A stretch of 64,000 nucleotides of DNA from an uncultured Actinomycetota bacterium (GTDB lineage: Bacteria > Actinomycetota > Actinomycetes > Mycobacteriales > Jatrophihabitantaceae), in assembly GCA_963809815.1 (NCBI GenBank), contig CAWELM010000005.1, forward strand, positions 20,825 to 84,824. The letters run 5' to 3'. The notes under the pieces are model-generated. The model made no database searches, had not been told where the DNA came from, and worked only from the letters and a program-made list of their open reading frames with translations. Positions 39,666 to 51,035 of this stretch are shown here, one piece after another. Numbering within the stretch: the first letter of the stretch is position 1; each line of letters begins with the position of its first letter. Made by a program: the position numbers and the translations under genes.

Positions 39666-40637
39666 TCAGTTCGAGGTGTGGGGCATGATCGCGTTGGCCG
39701 GGATCACACCGAGCCGGCCGGCGCGGTAGTCGTCGAGAGCCTGCTGCAGCTCCTCGGTGGTGTTCATGACGAACGGACCATAGTGCGCCACCGGCTCACC
39801 GATCGGCCGGCCGCCGAGAATCAACACGTCCAGAGCCGGATGGCGGGATTCCTGCGCGACGTTCGCCGAAACCGTCAGCCGGTCGCCGGCGCCGAACAGG
39901 GCCAGCTGGCCGGTGCGAATCGGCCGGCCCTGCGGCCCGACCGTGCCGGACCCGGAAAGAACGTAGACCAGGGCGTTGTAATCCGGCTGCCATGGCAGGG
40001 ACAGCGTTGCGCCCGGGGCGACAGTCGCGTGCGCCAAGGTAATCGGCGTGTGGGTCGAGCCCGGCCCGGGGTGGCCGTCGATGCTTCCCGCGATGATCCG
40101 GACGAGCGCGCCGCCGTCGTCGGATGCCACGAGTGTCGCTTCGCCGCCCTCGATGCTCTGGTACCGCGGTGGGGTGAACTTGTCCTTCGCGGGAAGGTTC
40201 ACCCACAGCTGGATGCCGTGGAACAAGCCACCGGACAGGACCAGTTCCTCGGGCGGCGTTTCGATGTGCAGGATGCCCGCGCCCGCGGTCATCCACTGGG
40301 TGGCGCCGTTTTCGATCACCCCGCCACCGCCGTGCGAATCCTGGTGCAGGAACGTGCCGTCGACCATGTAAGTAACGGTCTCGAAACCGCGATGTGGATG
40401 CCACGGGGTGCCCTTCGGCTCACCCGGGGCGTAGTCGACCTCGCCCATCTGGTCCATGTGGACAAACGGGTCAAGGTCCCGCATCCCGACGCCGGCGAAG
40501 GCGCGCGTCACCGGAAAACCTTCGCCCTCGAACCCCTTGGGGCCGGTTGTCACCGACCGCACGGGGCGCTCGGTGTCGCCGAGCGTCGCTGGGTTCAGGC
40601 GTGGCAACGTCAAAGTATCCGCGGTCACAGCGGGCAT
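39666..40637 (-). CDS. pirin-family protein
   Basis: Contains the metal-ligand region TPWHPHRGFETVTYMVDG...TQWMTAGAGILHIE. The ATG at 40637 is preceded by ggaggc. The longer 397-aa ORF is an upstream extension. Confidence 0.9.
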   Translation of the reverse strand: MPAVTADTLTLPRLNPATLGDTERPVRSVTTGPKGFEGEGFPVTRAFAGVGMRDLDPFVHMDQMGEVDYAPGEPKGTPWHPHRGFETVTYMVDGTFLHQDSHGGGGVIENGATQWMTAGAGILHIETPPEELVLSGGLFHGIQLWVNLPAKDKFTPPRYQSIEGGEATLVASDDGGALVRIIAGSIDGHPGPGSTHTPITLAHATVAPGATLSLPWQPDYNALVYVLSGSGTVGPQGRPIRTGQLALFGAGDRLTVSANVAQESRHPALDVLILGGRPIGEPVAHYGPFVMNTTEELQQALDDYRAGRLGVIPANAIMPHTSN

Positions 40638-40783
40638 ATCAGCCTCCAAAATGTTGCATCTGCAACGACATGGCGGAGTAACGCCGGGCCGGGCCGGGGA
40701 ATTCCCCATGCCGCACCTCCCAGCATGGCGCCGGGGCGGCTGCGGTCCAAAACAGCGCTCGATCGCAAGTCGATCGGAGCGGC

Positions 40784-43105
40784 TTATTCGATCCAGCGCA
40801 ACCAGACGGCTCCCAGCGGCGGGACCCGCAGGGTTACGGACGTGGGCTGACCGTGCCACGGCTGGTCGCCGGTATCGACGCCGCCGAAGTTGCCGACCCC
40901 GGACCCGAAGTAGACCTCGGCGTCGGTGTTGACAACCTCCTCCCAGCGTCCCGCCTTGGGCAGGCCGAGCTGGTAGCGCTCATGCGGCACCGGCGAGAAG
41001 TTAGCGACGCAGGCGATGATCGACCCATCGGTTCCAATCCGCAGGAACGAGTAGACGTTTCCCATCGCGTCGTTGGCATCGATCCAGTGGAATCCGGCCG
41101 GATCGTTGTCTTGGGACCACAACGCGTTCGTCTCGCGGTAGATCCGGTTGAGGTCAGTGACGAGTCGTTGTACGCCACGGTGTTCCGGTCCGTCGAGCAG
41201 CCACCAGTCAAGTGATCGCGACTCGCTCCACTCGGCGCCCTGCGCGAACTCCTGGCCCATGAACAGCAGCTGCTTGCCGGGATGCGCCCACATGTACGCG
41301 TACAGAGTGCGAAGCGTCGCCAGCTCCTGCCACCGATCGCCGGGGATCTTTCCCAGCAGGGAACCCTTGCCGTGAACGACCTCGTCGTGCGAGATCGGGA
41401 GGATGTAGTTCTCCGAGTAGGCGTAGACCATCGAGAAGGTCATCTCGTGGTGGTGGAACTGGCGGTGAACGGGCTCCCGGGCGATGTAGCCGAGCGTGTC
41501 GTGCATCCAGCCCATGTTCCACTTGAAGCCGAAGCCCAGCCCGCCGAGATGCGTCGGCCGGGTGACGCCGGGCCACGCCGTCGACTCCTCGGCAACGGTG
41601 ACGACCCCTGGCACGCGCTTGTAAACCGTGGCGTTCATCTCTTGCAGAAAGGCGACCGCGTCGAGGTTCTCCCGGCCGCCATAGACGTTGGGCAGCCACT
41701 CGCCGTCCTTGCGCGAGTAGTCGAGGTAAAGCATCGAGGCGACGGCGTCGACCCGAAGTCCGTCGATGTGAAACTCCTCGAGCCAGAACAGGGCGTTGGC
41801 CACGAGGAAGTTGCGTACCTCGCGCCGGCCGAAGTCGAAGACGAGCGTGCCCCAATCGGGCTGCTCACCTCGGCGCGGGTCCGCATGCTCGTACAGCGGC
41901 GTGCCGTCGAAGCGGGCAAGGGCCCACGCGTCCTTCGGGAAGTGGGCCGGCACCCAGTCGACGATGACTCCGATCCCGGCCTGATGTAGCCGGTCCACGA
42001 GATACCGGAAGTCGTCCGGGTTGCCGAAGCGAGCACTCGGCGCGTAGTACGACGACACCTGATACCCCCAGGAGCCGCCGAATGGATGCTCGGCCACGGG
42101 GAGGAATTCCACATGCGTGAAGCCGGTGGCCTTGACGTGCGCGACCAGCTCCTCGGCCAGCTGGCTGTAGGACAGCCCTTGTCGCCAGGACCCGATGTGC
42201 ACTTCATAGATGGACATGGGCGACGCATGCCACTGGGTTCCGGCCCGGGCGGCGAACCACTCGTCGTCGCCCCACTTGTAACCGGAAGTGAACACCACCG
42301 AGGCGGTTGCGGGCGGAGCCTCGGTCGCGAAGGCCAGCGGGTCTGCCTTCTGACGCCACACGCTGTCTGCGCCCAGGATGTTGAACTTGTACTTCGCCCA
42401 CTTGCCGACGCCGGGGACGAACAATTCCCAGACACCCGACGATCCCAACGAGCGCATTGGGTAGTCCCGGCCCGACCAGTAGTCGAAGTCCCCCACGATC
42501 CGGACTCCGCGCGCGTTCGGTGCCCATACTGCGAACGAGGTGCCGCTCACCGGACCCTGCGGCGTGTCATAGGTGCGTTCGTGCGCGCCGAGGACGTCCC
42601 ACAGCTGCTCGTGCCGACCTTCGCCGATGAGATGCAGGTCCACCTCGCCGACGGTCGGCAACCAGCGGTAGGGATCGTCGACTGTGTAGGTCTCATCGCC
42701 GTACGTGACCTCGAGCCGGTAATCGGTGGGGAGGCCGTCAACGACTGTCCCGAACACCCCACCGTCATGCAGTCGTTCCAGCTCGAACGGCTTGCCCTCG
42801 ATGATCGCCGTGACCTTGCTGGCTTCCGGCCGCAAGGTGCGGATAACGGTGCGCCCATCGGCAGTCGGATGCGCGCCGAGCAGACCGTGCGGATCATGGT
42901 GCGATCCACCGACGAGGCGGTCGAAGGCGTCGCCCTCGACCGTTGCCACGGCCGGGATCGGGCCGGTCTCGACCGGCGGTGCGTCGGGCGCCGCGGGCCG
43001 CGCGGCCGGGATGGCGGCGTCGGCCGCGGCGACCGCTTCGCTCACCGGGGTGGCCTTGCGGGGCGACTGTGACTTGCTGGGCTTTGAGTCCTTGTCCTTG
43101 CTCAT
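40784..43105 (-). CDS. glgB: 1,4-alpha-glucan branching enzyme
   Basis: GH13 motifs [31 protein letters not shown] and [16 protein letters not shown]. The ATG overlaps the pep2 stop (ATGA). Confidence 0.96.
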   Translation of the reverse strand: MSKDKDSKPSKSQSPRKATPVSEAVAAADAAIPAARPAAPDAPPVETGPIPAVATVEGDAFDRLVGGSHHDPHGLLGAHPTADGRTVIRTLRPEASKVTAIIEGKPFELERLHDGGVFGTVVDGLPTDYRLEVTYGDETYTVDDPYRWLPTVGEVDLHLIGEGRHEQLWDVLGAHERTYDTPQGPVSGTSFAVWAPNARGVRIVGDFDYWSGRDYPMRSLGSSGVWELFVPGVGKWAKYKFNILGADSVWRQKADPLAFATEAPPATASVVFTSGYKWGDDEWFAARAGTQWHASPMSIYEVHIGSWRQGLSYSQLAEELVAHVKATGFTHVEFLPVAEHPFGGSWGYQVSSYYAPSARFGNPDDFRYLVDRLHQAGIGVIVDWVPAHFPKDAWALARFDGTPLYEHADPRRGEQPDWGTLVFDFGRREVRNFLVANALFWLEEFHIDGLRVDAVASMLYLDYSRKDGEWLPNVYGGRENLDAVAFLQEMNATVYKRVPGVVTVAEESTAWPGVTRPTHLGGLGFGFKWNMGWMHDTLGYIAREPVHRQFHHHEMTFSMVYAYSENYILPISHDEVVHGKGSLLGKIPGDRWQELATLRTLYAYMWAHPGKQLLFMGQEFAQGAEWSESRSLDWWLLDGPEHRGVQRLVTDLNRIYRETNALWSQDNDPAGFHWIDANDAMGNVYSFLRIGTDGSIIACVANFSPVPHERYQLGLPKAGRWEEVVNTDAEVYFGSGVGNFGGVDTGDQPWHGQPTSVTLRVPPLGAVWLRWIE

Positions 43106-44577
43106 GAAGCACCTTCCTCACGGACGGGGCCGGTGTCGGCAGCTGCTCTGTCGTCCGACGCGCGGTAGCTCGTACCGGTGGGCTCGGCGAGCCGGGTGAG
43201 CGATGCGAGCGGAATCCGAACCCACGTCGGCCGATTCCGGGTCTCGTAGACCGCCTCGTAGACCGCTTTGTCAGCCTCGAATCCGCGCAACAGAACGTCA
43301 TGGACCCGGGGATCGCTGCCTGAAACATCCGCGTACCCAGCGCAATAGGCGTCCCGGTTGCGCTCGGCCCACTCGTTCGCACGATAGGAGAGCTGCGGGT
43401 CAGGCGTGTCGACGATCTGGTATCGGGACGCGTAGTCGAACGATCGCAACATCCCGGCAACGTCGCGCAGCGGCGAGTCGAAGGACCTGCGGCCGGCGAG
43501 CGATGCGATCGGTTCCCCCTCGAAGTCGAGCAAGATCCACCGCCGCGAGGTCCGCAGCGCCTGACCGAGGTGCAAATCGCCGTGGATCCGTTGGGTCGGC
43601 ACCGGCTCGGCCGTGTCGGCCAGGGAATCCACCGCATCGAAGGCCGTGCGCAGTCCCGGCTCGACCGGGGCGAGCAAAGGTACCTCGGCCAGCGCGGCGT
43701 CGAGGTGCGCGTGCATGGCCGCCGCCCGTTCCCGAAGCTGATCGCCCGGCATCACGTCAGTGCCGAACGCAACGGCTAGGTCGGTGTGCACGACAGCCGT
43801 CGCGGCGCCCAGCCGCTCGGCCTCGGCCGCGAAGTCACCGCCCGCCTCGGCCGCGTGCAGGTCCGCTTCCGCCATCAGGTCTCGGACGCTGGTCTTGGCC
43901 AGGTCCCATCCGTTGCTCGCCGTACTCATGAACTCCTGCAGCATCGCCAGGCTGACCGGCGCCAGGGTGCCACGGCCGTCATCGGGCAGATCAGCCGTCA
44001 TGCTTCCGAGCAGGCGGGCAATATGCTTCGCGCCGAGCTCGCTGAGTGCCTGGTGAATTTCGATGTCCGGGTTGATGCCGGGCTCGAGCCGCCGAAATAC
44101 CTTGAGAATGGCTTGATCGCCGTAGACCAGCGAGGTATTGGATTGCTCGCCGGTGAGCACCAGGCTCAGTAGATCAACGGGCAGGTCGCTCGCGTCGACA
44201 TATCGCTGGAAATACACCGGTCCGGGCGTAGCGTCCTTCCGGACCCCGTCGATGAAGACACCCGTGACGTCCCGGTCGTGAAGGGCGTCGTAGATCCAGC
44301 GGGTGCCATCCGGCGTCTGTATCGTGCCGAGCAACACATGCTCGAGGCTGCCGGCTGGCTCCGTCCGCCCCACGAGTGGTAGTTGATAGGTGTCCATCTG
44401 GCCGTCGGCGTAGGTCACGGTCACCAACCAGATGCCGACCTCAGGGACGGCCTCGGTCAGTGCCGTAAGAAGTCTCAGCGACACGTCGGACATGCCCCGA
44501 CCCTTGCCGGCGTACCATCGCTGACTCGGCAACCAGCGTTCGACGAGCGGTTGCAGGTCGTCATCGGTCAGGGTCAC
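43102..44577 (-). CDS. pep2: maltokinase (maltose 1-phosphate-forming)
   Basis: [13 protein letters not shown] at the N-terminus and the kinase core [13 protein letters not shown]...LLDFEGEP. The GTG at 44577 overlaps the treS stop (GTGA). Confidence 0.88.
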   Translation of the reverse strand: MTLTDDDLQPLVERWLPSQRWYAGKGRGMSDVSLRLLTALTEAVPEVGIWLVTVTYADGQMDTYQLPLVGRTEPAGSLEHVLLGTIQTPDGTRWIYDALHDRDVTGVFIDGVRKDATPGPVYFQRYVDASDLPVDLLSLVLTGEQSNTSLVYGDQAILKVFRRLEPGINPDIEIHQALSELGAKHIARLLGSMTADLPDDGRGTLAPVSLAMLQEFMSTASNGWDLAKTSVRDLMAEADLHAAEAGGDFAAEAERLGAATAVVHTDLAVAFGTDVMPGDQLRERAAAMHAHLDAALAEVPLLAPVEPGLRTAFDAVDSLADTAEPVPTQRIHGDLHLGQALRTSRRWILLDFEGEPIASLAGRRSFDSPLRDVAGMLRSFDYASRYQIVDTPDPQLSYRANEWAERNRDAYCAGYADVSGSDPRVHDVLLRGFEADKAVYEAVYETRNRPTWVRIPLASLTRLAEPTGTSYRASDDRAAADTGPVREEGAS

Positions 44578-46313
44578 GTCACCACCTCGCGGGCCCACTG
44601 TCCTCGCTCCGGTTCCGCATCAGACACCTGGTTACGGGGAATGCGCAGCCAGTAGAAGCCATGCCCGGCAAGAGTCAGCAAATACGAGAGTTCACCGATC
44701 GCCGGGAAGCGAGTGTCGCCCATCAACTCAATGGGCTCCGCTCCCTCCCAAGGGCGTAGATCGAGTTCGACCGGCTGGGGGAACCGGGACAGGTTGTTCA
44801 CGCAGAGCACGATGTCGTCACCGAAGGCGCGGACGAAGGCGAGCACGCTCGGGTTACTGCCCCCGATATCGTGGAAAGTCCCCAAGCCGAACGCCGGATT
44901 CGCCTTGCGCACCCTGATCATGCGCCGCATCCAGTGCAGTAGTGACGACGAGTTGCGCGTCTGGGATTCGACGTTCGTCACTTGGAAGCCATAGATGGAA
45001 TCCATATTGACCGGAAGGTACAGCCGGCCCGGATCGCACGAGCTGAACCCGGCGTTACGGTCGGGCGTCCATTGCATCGGCGTGCGGACGCCATCGCGAT
45101 CCCCGAGCCAAATATTGTCACCCATGCCGATTTCGTCACCGTAGTACAGGACGGGCGACCCTGGCAAAGAGAGGAGCAACGCGGTGAACAGCTCGATCTG
45201 ATTGATGTCATTCTCGAGCAACGGGGCCAGCCGCCGGCGGATGCCGATATTCGCCTTCATTCGCGGATCCTTGGCATACTCCGCCCACATGTAGTCCCGC
45301 TCCTCGTCGCTGACCATCTCCAGAGTCAGCTCGTCATGATTGCGCAGAAATATGCCCCACTGACAATTGGCGGGAATGGACGGCGTCTGCTCCATGATTT
45401 CTGAGATCGGGTAGCGGTTCTCTCGGCGCACCGCCATGAAGATTCGGGGCATGACGGGGAAGTGAAAGGCCATATGGCATTCGTCGCCACCGGTCGCCGG
45501 ATCGCCGAAGTACTGCACCACGTCATCCGGCCACTGATTGGCCTCACACAACATGACCCGATCCGGGTAGTCGCGATCGATTTCTTTTCGTAATCGCTTG
45601 AGAAACTCGTGGGTCTCGGGCAGGTTCTCGCCGTTCGTGCCGTCGCGCTCATAGAGGTACGGGACAGCGTCCAGGCGGAACCCGTCGATGCCGAGGTCGA
45701 GCCAGAACCTCAGCGCATCGATCATTGCCTGCTGAACATCGGGGGAGTCGAAGTTCAAGTCGGGCTGGTGGCTGAAGAAGCGATGCCAGAAGTACTGCTT
45801 GCGGACTGGGTCGAATGTCCAGTTCGACGGCTCCGTGTCGACGAAGATGATGCGGGCATCCGGATACCGCGTGTCGTCGTCGCTCCACACGTAATAGTTG
45901 CCGTAGGGGCCGTTCGGATCCTTGCGCGACGCCTGGAACCAGGCATGTTGGTCCGAGGTGTGGTTCATCACGAAGTCAATGATCACCTTGATGCCGCGCT
46001 CGTGCGCCGCCTTCAGGAGCCCCGTGAAATCGTCGATCGTGCCGAACTCGGCGAGCACACCCTCGTAGTCGCTGATGTCGTACCCGCCGTCTCGCAACGG
46101 GGATGGGTAGAAAGGCGGCAGCCACAGGCAGTCGATGCCGAGCCAGGCGAGGTAGTCGAGCTTGTCGGCGAGGCCCCGCAGGTCACCCGTGCCGTCGCTG
46201 TTGGAGTCACTGAATCCTCTGACCAAAACTTCGTAGAACACCGCGCGTTTGAACCAGTCGGGATCGGGAGAACCGAGCGCGCCAGCAGCAATGCTGTCGG
46301 TCAACGCAGTCAC
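44574..46313 (-). CDS. treS: trehalose synthase (maltose alpha-D-glucosyltransferase)
   Basis: Contains WFKRAVFYEVLVRGF, IDGFRLDAVPYL, NHDELTLE and LPGSPVLYYGDEIGM. Confidence 0.95.
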   Translation of the reverse strand: MTALTDSIAAGALGSPDPDWFKRAVFYEVLVRGFSDSNSDGTGDLRGLADKLDYLAWLGIDCLWLPPFYPSPLRDGGYDISDYEGVLAEFGTIDDFTGLLKAAHERGIKVIIDFVMNHTSDQHAWFQASRKDPNGPYGNYYVWSDDDTRYPDARIIFVDTEPSNWTFDPVRKQYFWHRFFSHQPDLNFDSPDVQQAMIDALRFWLDLGIDGFRLDAVPYLYERDGTNGENLPETHEFLKRLRKEIDRDYPDRVMLCEANQWPDDVVQYFGDPATGGDECHMAFHFPVMPRIFMAVRRENRYPISEIMEQTPSIPANCQWGIFLRNHDELTLEMVSDEERDYMWAEYAKDPRMKANIGIRRRLAPLLENDINQIELFTALLLSLPGSPVLYYGDEIGMGDNIWLGDRDGVRTPMQWTPDRNAGFSSCDPGRLYLPVNMDSIYGFQVTNVESQTRNSSSLLHWMRRMIRVRKANPAFGLGTFHDIGGSNPSVLAFVRAFGDDIVLCVNNLSRFPQPVELDLRPWEGAEPIELMGDTRFPAIGELSYLLTLAGHGFYWLRIPRNQVSDAEPERGQWAREVVT

Positions 46314-46373
46314 CTCTCAGTCCGGGACGGTCCATTTCTCAATTCACCCGACGCCGGGGCCTAACTGTCGCTC

Positions 46374-48389
46374 TCACCCCAACTGTGACAGTCGAACCTC
46401 GAAAATGTGCGCCGGGCCCCAGTGCGGGTCAAGCCGTACATAGTTGAACTGGCCCCACTCCCACTCGGAGCCGGTGAGCAGGTCGTGGACGGTGAACCGC
46501 TCGTCCCAGCCGGCCCCCAGTGCGGGCAGGTCGAGCCCTGTCCAGCCCTCGCGAACGTTGTGGGGGTCGGTCGAGCAGACGACCAAGATCGTGTCCGCCG
46601 GTTCGTCGTCTGTCGCTTCGACCCGCTTGCTGAATGCCGTGATCGAGTCGTTGTCGACCTGGTGGAAATGAAGGTTGCCGAGCCAGTGCAGGGCGCGATG
46701 CTGCCGGCGGATCTCGTTCAGCCGGGTGAGGAACGGAGCAAGGGATCGGCCGTCGGCCTCGGCCCCGGCGTAGTCCCGAGGTTTCAGCTGGTATTTCTCA
46801 CTATCCAAGTACTCTTCGCTGCCCGGGCGCACCGGAAGGTGCTCGAACAGCTCATAGCCCGAATACACGCCCCAGGTCGGGGAGAGCATCGACGCCAATA
46901 TCGCGCGAATGCGAAATGCTCCGGGACCGCCCGTCTGGAGAAAGCCATTCAGGATGTCAGGCGTGTTGACGAAGAAGTTCGGATGCATGTAATGCGCGGT
47001 GCTGACCAGATCCCGGGCGTACTGCTCGAGCTCGTCCTTGCTGTTTCGCCAAGTAAAGTAGGTGTAGCTCTGGCTGAAGCCGATCCGGGCCAGCTCGTGC
47101 ATCATAGCGGGGCGGGTAAACGCCTCAGCGAGGAACAGCACGTCCGGATTCTTCTGCTTGACGGTCGCGATCAGCCATTGCCAGAAGTTGATCGGTTTGG
47201 TATGAGGATTGTCGACCCGGAAGATCTTCACCCCGGCATCGATCCACACCGAAAGGACCCGCAGGCATTCGGCGTAGATCCCTTCCGGATCGTTATCGAA
47301 ATTAATCGGATAGATGTCCTGGTACTTCTTCGGCGGATTCTCGGCGTAGGCAATCGTCCCGTCGGGTTTGGTGGTGAACCATTCAGGATGCTCGGTGACC
47401 CACGGATGATCCGGGGCCGCCTGCAGGGCGTAGTCGAGCGCGACCTCCATACCGAGCTCGTTGGCCCTCCGCACGAAGGCAACGAAGTCAGCGATGGTGC
47501 CGAGATCAGGATGGACGGTGTCGTGGCCGCCTTCGTCAGAGCCGATCGCCCACGGCGAGCCGACATCCCATGGCATGGCCATCACCGAGTTGTTGGCGCC
47601 CTTGCGGTTCTGTTTGCCGATCGGATGGATGGGCGGTAGGTAGACGACGTCGAAGCCCATCCTCGCCACGTAATCCAGGTGCTCGGTGGCGTCCTTGAGC
47701 GTCCCGTGCCGGGCTGGTCGCGCGGGTGCGTGCGGGTCGTTCGCCAGCTCCGCTCCGATGGAGCGGGGAAAGAACTCGTACCACGATCCGTACAGCGAGC
47801 GGGGTCGATCCACCCACACCGAATACCGCGGGGACTTGGTCACCAGTTCCCGGACCGGGTCTTGCTCGGCGAGACGTATGAGATACGGGTCGAGAGCCGG
47901 ACCCACACGGTGTCCGAGATCCAGCGTCTGGTCGCGTAGCGCGGCCGCGGCGGCGACCGCCCGCGGGCGCTCGGGCTTGGGCAGCAACGTGGCGAGCTGG
48001 TCGAATATTCGTGCGCCGATTTCCAGGTCGTTGGCCAGGTCCGCGCTGCCCTGACCCGCGTCGATCTTGACGGTCACCGCGTGATGCCACGTCGACAGCG
48101 GATCGCTCCACGCCTCGACGGTGAACGTCCACATGCCCTCGACATCCGGCACCAGATCCGCGTGCCATCGGTCGAGACCGGGTGCACCGTAGGTCATCCG
48201 GAGGAACGGCAGGCGGCGCCCGTCCGGCGCCCGGACAACCACATTCGCGGCAACAGCGTCGTGACCTTCCCGGAATACCGTGGCAGAGATGGGAATGCGC
48301 TCACCAACGACCGCCCGGGCCGGATGCTCACCGTCCGCCGTCGAACCCACGACCGGGCCGACGTTTGCTAGTCCGATACGTCCCACCAC
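46374..48389 (-). CDS. glgE: alpha-1,4-glucan:maltose-1-phosphate maltosyltransferase
   Basis: Contains AVVGERIPISATVFREGHDAV, YEFFPRS, FRVDNPHTKP and FFVNTPDIL. Confidence 0.95.
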   Translation of the reverse strand: MVGRIGLANVGPVVGSTADGEHPARAVVGERIPISATVFREGHDAVAANVVVRAPDGRRLPFLRMTYGAPGLDRWHADLVPDVEGMWTFTVEAWSDPLSTWHHAVTVKIDAGQGSADLANDLEIGARIFDQLATLLPKPERPRAVAAAAALRDQTLDLGHRVGPALDPYLIRLAEQDPVRELVTKSPRYSVWVDRPRSLYGSWYEFFPRSIGAELANDPHAPARPARHGTLKDATEHLDYVARMGFDVVYLPPIHPIGKQNRKGANNSVMAMPWDVGSPWAIGSDEGGHDTVHPDLGTIADFVAFVRRANELGMEVALDYALQAAPDHPWVTEHPEWFTTKPDGTIAYAENPPKKYQDIYPINFDNDPEGIYAECLRVLSVWIDAGVKIFRVDNPHTKPINFWQWLIATVKQKNPDVLFLAEAFTRPAMMHELARIGFSQSYTYFTWRNSKDELEQYARDLVSTAHYMHPNFFVNTPDILNGFLQTGGPGAFRIRAILASMLSPTWGVYSGYELFEHLPVRPGSEEYLDSEKYQLKPRDYAGAEADGRSLAPFLTRLNEIRRQHRALHWLGNLHFHQVDNDSITAFSKRVEATDDEPADTILVVCSTDPHNVREGWTGLDLPALGAGWDERFTVHDLLTGSEWEWGQFNYVRLDPHWGPAHIFEVRLSQLG

Positions 48390-48473
48390 GGGGCCACCGT
48401 ACCGATTCGATCGGTGGTGGAGTAGGTCCGCAGGCGCCCAGACCGCCTATCTGCACCCGCTAGTGTGCTCCCC

Positions 48474-51014
48474 GTGAAGGCATTGAGACGGCTCACGGTA
48501 CGAGCCACGTTTCCTCCCGAATTGGTGAGGCTCGGCGCGATCGTGACCAATTTGCGCTGGTCGTGGCACCCGGACTCGCGCGATCTGCTGGAGTCGGTCG
48601 ACCCGGAACTCTGGGCGGCCTGCGATGCGGATCCGGTCAAGATGTTCGGCGAGGTCAGCGCCCAGCGGCTCGCCATCCTCGCCAAGGATCGCCGATTCCT
48701 CCGTCGGATGAACGACGTCTACGACGACCTGACCGACTACGTCGAGCAACCGCGCTGGTATCAGGGTCAGCAGGACGGAAGCCTGCCGACCAGCATTGCC
48801 TACTTCTCACCGGAATTCGGCATCACCGAAGCACTCCCGCAGTACTCCGGCGGGCTCGGCATCCTTGCGGGCGATCATCTCAAGGCGGCAAGCGACCTCG
48901 GTGTGCCGATCATCGGCGTCGGTCTGCTCTACCGCGCGGGGTACTTCAGCCAGTCCCTCTCTCGTGATGGGTGGCAGTTGGAGCGATACCCATCGCTCGA
49001 CCCCCAAGGTCTGCCGATCAAGCCACTGGATCTCGCCGGCAGTCCGGCGCGAATCTCGCTAGCGCTCCCCGAAGGCCGGACCCTCTACGCGCAGATCTTC
49101 GTGGCCCAGGTCGGACGAGTGCCGCTCCTCCTTCTCGATAGCGACATCGAGGAGAACGACGCCGCCGCCCGGCAGGTCACAGACCGCCTGTACGGCGGCG
49201 GCGCCGATCACCGGCTCGAGCAGGAACTGCTGCTGGGCATGGGCGGCGTTCGCGCAATCCGCGCTTACTGTGCGGCGACCGGGACGATCGCGCCGCAGGT
49301 GTTCCACACCAACGAGGGCCACGCCGGATTCCTCGGTATAGAGCGCATCCGGGAACTCATCGAGACCGACGACCTCAGTTTTGACGAGGCCTGGCAGGCG
49401 GTTCGAGCCGGGACGATTTTCACAACCCATACGCCGGTCCCGGCCGGCATCGACCGGTTCCCGCGCTCGCTCGTCGCCGTGCACCTCGCTGGCATCCCGG
49501 GTGTTCCGATCGAGCGGATTCTCGACCTCGGGCGGGAAGAAGACCCCAACATTTTCAACATGGCATACATGGGCTTCCGGCTCGGTCAGCGCGCCAACGG
49601 CGTGTCCCGGCTGCACGGCGAGGTCAGTCGAGAAATGTTCTCCTCGCTGTGGCCGCGCTTCGATGCGTCGGAAGTGCCGATCACCTCGGTCACCAACGGG
49701 GTTCATGCTCCGACGTGGATGTCCCGCGAGGTCCTCAGCATCGCCGAGCGCGAGGTCGGTCCGGAGGCGATCGCCGACGGCTCGCCCTGGACCGCGATCG
49801 ACCGCGTGGCCGACAGCGAGCTGTGGAGCCTGCGGCACGAACTGCGTGACCGGCTGGTCACCGAGATCCGCCCGCGCATCCGAGCCTCGGCCCGCCAACG
49901 CGGGATGGCGGAAGCCGAGCTGGGCTGGACCTCGTCCGCCTTCAGCCCCGACGTGCTCACCATCGGGTTTGCTCGCCGGGTGCCGCAGTACAAGCGCCTG
50001 ACCCTCATGCTGCGCGACGAGGAGCGGCTGAAGTCGCTCCTGCTGCATCCCGAGCGTCCGGTGCAGATCGTCATTGCCGGCAAGAGCCACCCGGCCGACG
50101 ACGGGGGCAAGCAACTCATCTCGCAAATGGTCAAGTTCGCCGACGACCCGGCCATCCGGCATCGGATCACGTTCCTGCCCGACTACGACATCCGGATGGC
50201 CCGCTACCTCACCGGGGGCGTGGACGTCTGGCTGAACAACCCGCTGCGGCCGCTGGAGGCATGCGGCACATCGGGTATGAAGGCCGCGCTGAACGGGGCG
50301 CTCAATCTATCCATCCGCGACGGATGGTGGGACGAGTGGTTCGACGGCGAGAACGGCTGGGCCATTCCGTCGGCTGACGGGTTGACCGACCCGGACCGGC
50401 GCGACGATGTCGAGGCAATGGCCCTCTACGACATCATCGAGCACCAGGTCGCGCCCCGGTTCTATGACCGTGACGAGACCGGCGTCCCAACTCGATGGGT
50501 GCAGATGGTCCGCCACACCCTCAAGTCGCTCGGGCCGAAGGTGGTCGCCACCCGGATGGTTCGGGAGTACGTCCAGGAGTTGTATGCCCCGGCGGCCCAA
50601 TCGGCCGCGCGGCTCGCGGCGGGTGACTACAAGGCTGCTCGGGCGCTGGCAGAATGGCGCCAAGACGTGCTCAACGCATGGCCAGGTGTCACGGTGCTGC
50701 ACGTGGAGTCCCAACTCGAGGGGGACCCGCAGCTTGGGTCGGCATTGCATCTGCGAGCCGAGGTGGCGCTGAACGGGCTGGGTCCAGCCGAGGTCGACGT
50801 GCAGGCCGTGTACGGCGGGATCGACGCCGAGGACCGGCTCGTCGACATGAGCACCGTTTCGTTGGCCTACGCCGGCCCCACCGACGGCACGAGCCGATTC
50901 GAGGGGGACGTCCCGCTCGAGCGCACCGGCACGTTCGGCTACACCGTCCGAGTACTGCCGAAGAGCGATCTCCTCGCGAGCCCCTCGGAGTTGGGACTGG
51001 TGGTCACCGCCTAG
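48474..51014 (+). CDS. glgP: alpha-glucan (glycogen) phosphorylase, GT35
   Basis: Contains NLRWSWHP, GGLGILAGDHLKAASDLG and EACGTSGMKAALNGALN (PLP Lys). The ORF opens at 48465. GTG 48474 gives the usual (M)KALRRLTV start. Confidence 0.93.
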   Translation: MKALRRLTVRATFPPELVRLGAIVTNLRWSWHPDSRDLLESVDPELWAACDADPVKMFGEVSAQRLAILAKDRRFLRRMNDVYDDLTDYVEQPRWYQGQQDGSLPTSIAYFSPEFGITEALPQYSGGLGILAGDHLKAASDLGVPIIGVGLLYRAGYFSQSLSRDGWQLERYPSLDPQGLPIKPLDLAGSPARISLALPEGRTLYAQIFVAQVGRVPLLLLDSDIEENDAAARQVTDRLYGGGADHRLEQELLLGMGGVRAIRAYCAATGTIAPQVFHTNEGHAGFLGIERIRELIETDDLSFDEAWQAVRAGTIFTTHTPVPAGIDRFPRSLVAVHLAGIPGVPIERILDLGREEDPNIFNMAYMGFRLGQRANGVSRLHGEVSREMFSSLWPRFDASEVPITSVTNGVHAPTWMSREVLSIAEREVGPEAIADGSPWTAIDRVADSELWSLRHELRDRLVTEIRPRIRASARQRGMAEAELGWTSSAFSPDVLTIGFARRVPQYKRLTLMLRDEERLKSLLLHPERPVQIVIAGKSHPADDGGKQLISQMVKFADDPAIRHRITFLPDYDIRMARYLTGGVDVWLNNPLRPLEACGTSGMKAALNGALNLSIRDGWWDEWFDGENGWAIPSADGLTDPDRRDDVEAMALYDIIEHQVAPRFYDRDETGVPTRWVQMVRHTLKSLGPKVVATRMVREYVQELYAPAAQSAARLAAGDYKAARALAEWRQDVLNAWPGVTVLHVESQLEGDPQLGSALHLRAEVALNGLGPAEVDVQAVYGGIDAEDRLVDMSTVSLAYAGPTDGTSRFEGDVPLERTGTFGYTVRVLPKSDLLASPSELGLVVTA

Positions 51015-51035
51015 ACCTCGGGCCGCCCCGGAAAC

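Noticed and set aside
39678-40850. 390-aa plus-strand ORF
   Set aside because: Antisense to the pirin gene (metal-binding HPHRGFE motif on the minus strand), with no motif of its own.
46407-47639. 410-aa plus-strand ORF (and similar ORFs at 49059-50162, 12637-13572, 53685-54461)
   Set aside because: All are antisense to strongly supported genes (glgE, glgP, atpD, the decarboxylase). Their composition is typical of non-coding frames in GC-rich genomes.
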